From Acidobacteriota bacterium (lineage in GTDB: Bacteria; Acidobacteriota; UBA890; WLXD01), in assembly GCA_963666215.2 (NCBI GenBank), contig CAXWPL010000003.1, positions 368,366-432,365 of the forward strand: DNA of 64,000 bases, read 5' to 3'. The notes beneath the pieces are model-generated. The model was not told the origin of the DNA. It saw only the letters and a list, made by a program, of their open reading frames with translations, and did not search any database. Both the position numbers and the translations under genes were made by a program. This document shows positions 1-7,706 of this stretch, piece after piece; the stretch's first letter is position 1; each line of letters starts with the position of its first letter.

Positions 1-1601
1 CGCAACGCGGGCCACACCATCTCGCCGTCGTTGACCAGCAGGTCGGGCGAGTCGTTGAGGTTGGTGACGATCAAATCGACGTCACCGTCGTTGTCGTAGT
101 CGGCGAGGGCGGCGCTCCGCGACACGGCAGCAAGGTCGAGCCCGTTCGCGGCTCTGTCGACCCGTTCGACGTCGGCAACACCCCCCTCTCCCGCGACCTC
201 GCCCGGCTCGACCCACTCGACGAAAGCCGCCGTACCCGACTCCGCCAGCTGATTGAGGAACAGCAAATTGCGCTGCCGGTAGGTGTCGAGCTCGACGGGG
301 TCCACGCCAGGCTGGAAGGGCGACTCCATCGAAGACGCGGCGCCGAGGTTGGCAGCATCGAGCCGGTCGACTTGAGGATAGATGTGGCCGTTGGCAACGA
401 AGATGTCCTGATCGCCGTCGCCATCAATGTCGACAAACAACGTGCTCCAGCCCATGTACGGGATGGTTGCCGCGCCGATTCCGAGCGGCTCGCTGACGTC
501 TTCGAAGCTACAGCCCCCGACGTTGCGATAGAGCGTGTTGTGATCGTGCTGGAAGTTCGACACCACCAGGTCGAAGTCCATGTCGCCATCGAAGTCGGCG
601 GCAGAGACACCCATCCCTGCCTGCGCAACCCCGCCCCCACTGAGGCCCGCACCACTCAAGAAAGACCAGTCGTCAAGCACGACATCGGCGTCGTAGCGGT
701 ACAACAGATTGATCGTGGAGTCGCTGGCAACATAGATGTCGGGCCGGTGGTCGCCATCGCAATCAGACGCCAACAGCGCGAACCCGAAGGTCTCCTCGGG
801 ATCCACATCCGCCCCCGGCCAGCGCTCAAAGCTGCCATCACCTCGATTGCGGTACAGAATATCGCGCTCGCCGCGAAGTCCGCGCGGACCACAGAACACC
901 TCGATCCCGCCGAGGTAGTGGCACGGCCCCAGCGCCTCCGGATCCTTCAGGTTGGAGCCTTCGACATCGACATAGTTGACCAGGTAGAGATCGAGGTTGC
1001 CGTCGGAGTCCCAGTCGGTGAAGACGGCGCTGGCACCCCAGCCCGGGTCTTCGACGCCTGCCGGCCAGGGCACGAACGTGCCGTCGCCGTTGTTGCGGTA
1101 GAGCCGATTCTCGCCAATCGCGGTGACGTACAAATCGACGAACCCGTCGTTGTCGACGTCGGCTGCCGCAACACCGTTGCCCCAGGCACGATCGGCGGCG
1201 CCGGCGACGCTGGCGACGTTCGTGAAACGTCCGCGGTGGTTCCTCTGGAGCCGATGCCCGCCCGGATGTAGCCCCTGGGAGCTGTCTGCAAGCGCCGCCG
1301 CCGTCGCCTCTACCGGCTCGTTGGCTGGCCCTTCGATCCCGTTCACGAGGAACAGGTCAACCCAACCGTCGCGGTCATAGTCGAGCCAGGCCGCACCAGA
1401 GCCGCCCATCTCGGTGATCAGACGCTTGTCCGGGCCGCCATAAACGTTGACGAACTCGATTCCCACCGCCACGGTAGCCGCGCGCAGACGGACGGGCCGC
1501 CGCGTGGACTGTGCGTCGGCGGCCGGCGACACACACGCCACAGCCAACGTCAACGCACCGTGGACAACGACGCGCCGCGACCAGGAGAAGGAGGCAAGCA
1601 T
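1..1601 (-). CDS. CRTAC1/ASPIC-UnbV-type FG-GAP repeat protein (3' end runs off the window)
   Basis: Hand translation from ATG 1601: MLASFSWSRRVVVHGALTLAVAC...GIEFVNVYGGPDKRLITEMGGSGAAWLDYDRDGWVDLFLVNG, with repeated DxDxDGxxD motifs. Absent from the ORF track because its stop lies outside the window. Confidence 0.88.
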   Translation of the reverse strand, partial: MLASFSWSRRVVVHGALTLAVACVSPAADAQSTRRPVRLRAATVAVGIEFVNVYGGPDKRLITEMGGSGAAWLDYDRDGWVDLFLVNGIEGPANEPVEATAAALADSSQGLHPGGHRLQRNHRGRFTNVASVAGAADRAWGNGVAAADVDNDGFVDLYVTAIGENRLYRNNGDGTFVPWPAGVEDPGWGASAVFTDWDSDGNLDLYLVNYVDVEGSNLKDPEALGPCHYLGGIEVFCGPRGLRGERDILYRNRGDGSFERWPGADVDPEETFGFALLASDCDGDHRPDIYVASDSTINLLYRYDADVVLDDWSFLSGAGLSGGGVAQAGMGVSAADFDGDMDFDLVVSNFQHDHNTLYRNVGGCSFEDVSEPLGIGAATIPYMGWSTLFVDIDGDGDQDIFVANGHIYPQVDRLDAANLGAASSMESPFQPGVDPVELDTYRQRNLLFLNQLAESGTAAFVEWVEPGEVAGEGGVADVERVDRAANGLDLAAVSRSAALADYDNDGDVDLIVTNLNDSPDLLVNDGEMVWPAL

Positions 1602-1680
1602 GCGAGGGTATTCTTCTCGAAACCGATTTCATGAACTGGGCTTGCAGAGAGATCGAACCCCGATCTTATAAGGAGGCTGT

Positions 1681-2649
1681 TTGGTAGCGACGGTCCGGAT
1701 CGGCGTGGTCGGCTGGGGCGACATCGCCCGCGACCACGCATCGCACTTCGCGGCTGCCGGCGCCGAGCTCGCCGGTGTTGTCTCGCGTCGGGACGCCCAC
1801 CACCTGAGGGTGGGCGCTGACGTCGCGGTCTACCGTCGACTCGCCGACATGCTGCCGCACGTCGACGCCATCACCGTCGCCGTCCCGAACCATCTACATG
1901 GGCCCTGCTGCCTCGAGGCCGTGCGCGCCGGCAAGCCGGTGCTGGTCGAGAAACCGATCGCCATCGACGTCGCTCAGCTCGACGAGCTCGAATCAGCATT
2001 CGAGTCGCTGCGAGCGCCGGTGCACGTAGGCTACAGGCTGCGCTGGAACCCCAGCATGATCGAGCTTCGCGAGCGCATCCGCGCGGCCGGCAACGTGCGG
2101 CGTATCCGCTGCGTCTATCGACTCGGCATCGATCAGCTCGCCGACGGCAAAGACTGGACCCGACGGCTCGAGACCACGGGGGGTGCTTTCTTCGCGCTCG
2201 GTGTTCACACGCTGGACTTGGCACGCTGGCTCGCCGACGCGGGAAACTCGGCGCTGGCCGACCTCAGCGCGACCGCCCGTCATCGCGATGACACCGCCGA
2301 CTTCCCGCTCGACGTGCGGCTCTCAGGACGGCTGCCGAACGGAATCGAAATCACCGCCGGTACCGACTTACGCGGCGATGCCGATTCGACCATCGAGCTC
2401 GAAGTCGACGGCGGCAACAAGGACAGCCCGATCTCGATCTATCCCAATCCCACGCTGGCACAACCCGTGCCCTCTGATGAGCCGGTGGAATATGCTGGCC
2501 TCATCTCGAACTTCGTCGCAGCCACGCGCAACCAGAGCGTGAACCTGGAAGACGTGAAGGCCACCGTGCAGACGCATCGCGAGCTGCTGGCCGCCCGCGA
2601 GCTCGCCGATTCTACCGAGCCCGCTCAGCGGGCAGCGACATGCACATGA
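1681..2649 (+). CDS. Gfo/Idh/MocA-family oxidoreductase
   Basis: RIGVVGWGDIA Rossmann motif, VLVEKP, VGYRLRW, GGAFFALGVHTLD; AGGAGG RBS before a TTG start. Confidence 0.92.
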   Translation: MVATVRIGVVGWGDIARDHASHFAAAGAELAGVVSRRDAHHLRVGADVAVYRRLADMLPHVDAITVAVPNHLHGPCCLEAVRAGKPVLVEKPIAIDVAQLDELESAFESLRAPVHVGYRLRWNPSMIELRERIRAAGNVRRIRCVYRLGIDQLADGKDWTRRLETTGGAFFALGVHTLDLARWLADAGNSALADLSATARHRDDTADFPLDVRLSGRLPNGIEITAGTDLRGDADSTIELEVDGGNKDSPISIYPNPTLAQPVPSDEPVEYAGLISNFVAATRNQSVNLEDVKATVQTHRELLAARELADSTEPAQRAATCT

Positions 2650-4121
2650 CCCGGACGATCTCGATCGCCGTTTGTTGCCTCATGGGTGCCCTGGGAGGCC
2701 CACCACCGGGCTACGGGCTGGCGGCGCCCACCACCGCGACCCAGCAGGTGGCCGGACTGCCGGACGCGCGCCGGGCACTCGCCGAGGGTCGGGTCGAAGA
2801 AGCCACCGCTTCGCTGCGCCGGCTCGCCGACGAGCACCCGAGCTCGGCGCTGGTTGCGCTGTGGCTCGGCCACACGCTTCGGCGAGGCGGCGCCCGTCCG
2901 GGCGCCTCTCGTGAGTACCTGCGCGCGTTGGAGATCCGCCCCGACACCACCGGCGCGCTCATCGCGCTCGGCGATCTGCAGCAGGACGCCAGCGATCTCG
3001 CCGGCGCGCTGGGCTACTACGAACACGCCGTCGAGCTCGCGCCCGAGCTGCCGGTCGTACACCGCAAGGCCGCCGCCGTGGAGGTTCGCCGCGAGAATCA
3101 CGGCCCCGCGGCGCGCCACCTGGAACGCTACGTGGAACTGCTACCGAACGACGGTGAGGCACTTACGGTCCTCGGCATCGAGCGCTACCTCAACGAAGAG
3201 CTGGATGCGGCGCTCGAGTCGCTGGAGCGCGCGCTCGCGATCGACCCCGACAACGCGCAGGCCCACTTCGGCGTCGGACTCGTGCTCGCCGACCGGCCCG
3301 CGGAGCACGTACGCTCTCTCGAGCATCTGCGCCGCGCCGCAGCGGCCGACCCCGACAACCCCACAGCGCACTACCTGATAGGACGCGTGCTCGCAGCCCA
3401 GGGCGAGCTCGACCCGGCCCTGGCGGCTCTGCAACGCGCCCTCGAGCTGGCGCCCGAGCTGCCCGACGCTCACTACAGAATCGCGCTGGTGTACGCCCGA
3501 TTGGGAGATCGCGAAGCGGGCCGCCGGCACCAGGATCTATTCAACGAGCTGGAGCAGCAGCAGGATGCAGCGGCAGAGCGTGACCGCCGCGTTGGCCTGC
3601 TGCAGCAAGCGCTCTCTCTGGCCGCCGCCGAGGCGGATATGCAAGCGGTGCGCGACGCGGCCGCAGCGCTCATCGCTGCCGACCCCGACGACCCCGACGT
3701 GCTGGCGGTGCTGGCGCGCGTAGCGCTCGCCGAAGGCGACATCGAAGGTGGCCTGCGCGCCACCACACGAGCGCTCGAAGCCCAGCCCGACCACTGGGAA
3801 GTGCTGTACCTCCACGGCCTTCTGCAGCACAGCTCGGGTCGATCGGCGGAGGCTCGGGCGAATCTGGAGCGCTCGCGCCAGATCAGCCCGCTCTACGCCC
3901 CAACACACGCCGCTCTCGGCAATGTGCTCATGCACATCGGTCAACCGAGAGACGCGCTACCCGCCTACGAGACGGCGGTCCGGCTCGCGCCCGACAACGC
4001 GGCCTACCATCTGAACCTCGCCACCGCGTACGGCCGACTCGGCATGGCCGAGCAGGAGGCGGCCGCGATGGCCACGCACAAGCGCCTGCTCCGCGAGCCT
4101 CGCTCGAGCGAACCGCGCTGA
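2646..4121 (+). CDS. Secreted tetratricopeptide-repeat protein
   Basis: Signal peptide followed by many TPR units (e.g. AHYLIGRVLAAQGELDPALAALQRALELAP); ATGA overlap with the upstream gene. Confidence 0.9.
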   Translation: MTRTISIAVCCLMGALGGPPPGYGLAAPTTATQQVAGLPDARRALAEGRVEEATASLRRLADEHPSSALVALWLGHTLRRGGARPGASREYLRALEIRPDTTGALIALGDLQQDASDLAGALGYYEHAVELAPELPVVHRKAAAVEVRRENHGPAARHLERYVELLPNDGEALTVLGIERYLNEELDAALESLERALAIDPDNAQAHFGVGLVLADRPAEHVRSLEHLRRAAAADPDNPTAHYLIGRVLAAQGELDPALAALQRALELAPELPDAHYRIALVYARLGDREAGRRHQDLFNELEQQQDAAAERDRRVGLLQQALSLAAAEADMQAVRDAAAALIAADPDDPDVLAVLARVALAEGDIEGGLRATTRALEAQPDHWEVLYLHGLLQHSSGRSAEARANLERSRQISPLYAPTHAALGNVLMHIGQPRDALPAYETAVRLAPDNAAYHLNLATAYGRLGMAEQEAAAMATHKRLLREPRSSEPR

Positions 4122-4226
4122 TCGCGCTGTCGCCTCTCTCTCGCCGGCGCACCTCGTCGGCGCACTCCCGCCGGCGTAGGCCGCCGACCTCGCATGTAAC
4201 GAGCGCCGCCGTCAGCTCGTCGCGGC

Positions 4227-5653
4227 TTAGCTCGCTGGCTGCTGCTGGCTGGCGCAATGCATGCCGCCACCGTAGTAGTTGATCCCCAGCGTATGGAGCT
4301 GGACGATCTCGCGGTCGGGGAACAGCTCAGCGAAGATCTCGCGTGCCCGCTCGTCCTTCTGCCTTTGCGACTCGGGCATACCCTCCTGCCAGTATTTCGG
4401 GATCAGCACGAGCCCGTTGGTGACCAGGTAGTTGAGGTAGCTGGCGGCAGCCACCTGGTACATCGTATCGCCCGGCTTCAGGCCAGCGGCGTCGAACTCG
4501 CTCTTGCCGCGCTCGTAGCGCTCCTCGGTCAGCGTGTATTCGCGCCGCAACGGATCGACCTCGGGTAACGCGATACGAATGATCTCGAAGAGGTTGCCAT
4601 CTTGGTCGGTCTGCTGCCGCAGCGCGAGCAGGTTGTTCTCCAGCACGTCGTAGTTGAGCTCGTTGACCGGGTTGTCGTGGCGTTCCGCCTCCGGCACTTC
4701 GGCAAGCAAGATCGTCGACGAACCCACAAAGCGGGCGTACTCATCGAGATGACCATTGGCTCCACCGCCCGTGTAGTTGGCCGCAATCGGGCCAGGAAGC
4801 CAGAGGTCCTCGACAAGCGGCTCGGGCACCCAGACGATCTTGCGCTGCCCCATGACTCGCAGATATTCGGTTTCGATCTCCTCGAGCGAGTGATCCGGGT
4901 TGCGCTGCAGAGTGGTCCAGCGGGTCACCATCAAGGTGCCGCGGCCGTTGACCGTCATGCCGCCACCCTCCCGGTCGAGATCACCTCGAGGCCGAGCATG
5001 TCGGCGACGTAGCGGTCGGTGTCACCGGTCAAGCGCCGACGGCGGGCACGCTCCGAATCTTCATCATCGTCGGTCTGGCTCGCCCGGCCGTAGCTCGTCC
5101 AGCGGAAGTCGACGACCTTCGTGTCTCCGGCGCTGTTGCGCACGAACAGCGGGCCAGGGTCGCGCATCCAGAAGTAGGGCAACTCGTGGACGTGGAGCGA
5201 GACGCGACTGCCCCAGGCGCCTTCGGCGCGTAGACGCTCCTCGGCCTCGACCGCTGCATCCTCGGACTCCACGAAGACCTCCACATCAACATGGTCGCGG
5301 AGCACACGCACCATCTCGACGGTCATCGCGTTCATCGTTACCTTGCGCTCCGAGCTCCTGCCGCCGAGCCCCTCCCCTACCCAGGCCACCCAAACCGCAT
5401 CGTGAGGCTCCCACTCCGCTGGAAAGCTATAGTGCTCGGGATCGACGACAGCCTCGGGCTCGGCGGGCGGGATTCCTTCAGAGGAGCCCGCCGGGGCGGC
5501 GCAGCCGACCGAAGCCGTCGCGGTGAGAACCACAACCGCCAGGCCAACCGCCATCGATCGCCGACTCGCGCCCATTGCCGTCTCCATCGCCCGAGCACAT
5601 CCAGAACCGCCCCAGCGCCTCAGCCCATCGGACATCTTGTATCCCCTCGTCAA
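4227..5653 (-). pseudogene. Agmatine deiminase/PPAD-family lipoprotein, split by a frameshift near 4970
   Basis: The N-half has FPAEWEPH and WMRDPGP; the C-half has EGGGMTVNGRGT, GHLD and catalytic GGGMHCASQQQP. The halves are in different frames. May be an assembly error. Confidence 0.88.
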
Positions 5654-5803
5654 GTCTCCAGGTCGTGCTTCAACTACATCGGCCGCACACTACACAAGAT
5701 CCCCAATCACTCCAACGGGGGCCTCCCGCGCGCCGGGCTCGGCCAATCGATCGTGGCGACTCGCAAGGCCGGCGAGGCCCGCGGACGGCCTCGCGGCCAC
5801 AGA

Positions 5804-6550
5804 CTAGAAGCGGGGCTCTCGCGTGAAGAGATAGCCGGCGCCGCGCACGGTGTGAAAGTGTTGCGGCCGATGCGGATCCGTCTCGAAGCGGCGCCGCAGT
5901 CTCAGGACGAAGTTGTCGATCGTGCGATCGGTGGGATAGAAGCCCGCACCCCACACGCGGTCCAGGATCTCGTTCCGCGACACCACCTCGCCCTCACGGT
6001 CGGTCAGGAGTCGCAAGATCGCGGCTTCCTTGCTGGTGAGAAAGTGCTTGGCGCCGTCGGGACCGCGGCCGACGTAGCGCACCAAATCGACCTCGCTTTC
6101 GCCAAACGTCAGCGGCGGTGGCGGATCGGAGTCAGACGGTCGGCTGCGCCGCAGAATCGCCGCCACGCGCAAGAGCAGCTCCTCGAGTCGGAAGGGCTTC
6201 GGCAGGTAGTCATCGCCACCCGCGGCAAGTCCCCGGATGCGATCGTCGGGATCGCTCCGGGCGGTCAGAAAAAGAACCGGCACCTCGTTGCCCGCCTGCC
6301 GCAATCTCTCGCACACCGAGAAGCCGTCGAGCCCCGGAAGCATGACGTCGAGGACGATGAGATCGAAGCGCTCGCCGGCACGCGCCAGTGCATCGATACC
6401 GTCGTGCTCCACCGCCACCGCATAGCCTTCAGCCTCGAGGTTGCTGCGGATCTCATCCGCTAGGCCGGGCTGATCCTCGACGACGAGCAGCCGGCTGGCA
6501 ACGCTCTCGCCTGCGGACCGACTCACGACGGTGGTGCCGCGAGCGGCCAA
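5804..6550 (-). CDS. OmpR/PhoB-family response regulator
   Basis: LLVVEDQ, DLIVLDVMLPGLDG, FLTA, DDYLPKPF, winged helix TVRGAGY. The exact start is uncertain. Confidence 0.95.
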   Translation of the reverse strand: MAARGTTVVSRSAGESVASRLLVVEDQPGLADEIRSNLEAEGYAVAVEHDGIDALARAGERFDLIVLDVMLPGLDGFSVCERLRQAGNEVPVLFLTARSDPDDRIRGLAAGGDDYLPKPFRLEELLLRVAAILRRSRPSDSDPPPPLTFGESEVDLVRYVGRGPDGAKHFLTSKEAAILRLLTDREGEVVSRNEILDRVWGAGFYPTDRTIDNFVLRLRRRFETDPHRPQHFHTVRGAGYLFTREPRF

Positions 6551-7614
6551 CGAACCTCGAACGTGGCACCGTGTCCGTGACCCGGTGACGTTGCCGTGAT
6601 GCCACCATCGGACAGAACGACAACTTCCCGAGCGATGTGCAAGCCCAGGCCAGCACCGCTGCCGCCGCGGCGCAGCTCGTCCCCGGGTCGGTAGAACTTC
6701 TCGAACAGCAGATCGACATCGTCGGGATCGAAGCCGCAGCCGTTGTCGCGAACGACAACAGAGACGTCGTGCGCGCCGCGTGTCGCGTCAACCGACAAGC
6801 GGGGCTGCTCGGTCTCCAGCAGGGCCTCCAGCGCGTTGTCGAGCAGGTTGCGCATGACAGCTCGCAGCGCTTCGTCGTCGGCCATGACCCAGAGGTCGCC
6901 AGGAAGGTCGACGGAGAGATCGACTCCGGCCTCGCCGCAGTTGTCCTCCAGGTTGCGCATGACCGGTGCCAGAGCCTCCTGGAGGTGGAGCGCGGCCGGA
7001 CGCAGAACGAAGCGTCCCTCGCCTAGACGGACCGTGTCGAGCAGGTTGCTGATCATCGACTCGAGCCGCAACAGGTTGCGCACGATCCGCGACGTCTTGA
7101 CGCCGCGTTCTTCGGGGGCAAGGTCGTGTCGTTGTAGGCCCTCGGCCGCGAGCAGCGCCGTTGCCAATGGGCTCTTGAGCTCGTGGCTGGCCGCTGCCAA
7201 GAAGTTCTCTTGTCGCCGTCGCAGCACGGCATCCTGTTGGACCGCCCGCGCCACGACACTCACCGCGCCGAGCAGGACGAGCAGAAAGAAGCCCCCCTCC
7301 CAGCCGTATTGGTTCAATCGGTGCCAACGCTCATCTGCCTGTGCGGTGTCGCGCTGTGGATCAACAATCACGCGGCGACCGTCAACTCGAATCGCCGGCA
7401 GCACCCTCTCGACCGCCGAGGGTGTCTCTCCGAGCTCGAGAAGCCGCTCGGCGGCTCTCACCTGTTCCTGGTCCGAGCGGTCTGCGCGCTCCTCCACCAG
7501 GGCGATGAACCGCCACTGATCGAGCATCCACCAGGCTACCTGTGCCGCGCTGATGATCAGCAGCACACCGAGCCCGATGCTCAGAAAGCGAGTCGTACGG
7601 CGTTTTGTCGGCAA
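6523..7614 (-). CDS. Sensor histidine kinase (2 TM, HisKA + HATPase)
   Basis: SHELKSPL H-box, NLLDNA N-box, DNGCG, FEKFYR, GAGLGL; two TM helices around a short periplasmic loop. Confidence 0.95.
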   Translation of the reverse strand: MPTKRRTTRFLSIGLGVLLIISAAQVAWWMLDQWRFIALVEERADRSDQEQVRAAERLLELGETPSAVERVLPAIRVDGRRVIVDPQRDTAQADERWHRLNQYGWEGGFFLLVLLGAVSVVARAVQQDAVLRRRQENFLAAASHELKSPLATALLAAEGLQRHDLAPEERGVKTSRIVRNLLRLESMISNLLDTVRLGEGRFVLRPAALHLQEALAPVMRNLEDNCGEAGVDLSVDLPGDLWVMADDEALRAVMRNLLDNALEALLETEQPRLSVDATRGAHDVSVVVRDNGCGFDPDDVDLLFEKFYRPGDELRRGGSGAGLGLHIAREVVVLSDGGITATSPGHGHGATFEVRWPLAAPPS

Positions 7615-7706
7615 GGAGGACCTCGAACAGTTGGCCAGAGCAAGCTCTCAACGATCGCCACGATTCTAGCGGCGTCGCCTGCTCCGGCCTCGCTGCCCGC
7701 CGCCTT

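Noticed and set aside
372-1271. Long antisense ORFs (also 7605-8963+, 14811-16253+, 21314-23311-, 47115-48890+, 63162-63941-)
   Set aside because: They are shadow frames opposite well-supported genes, expected in high-GC DNA, and carry no family motifs.
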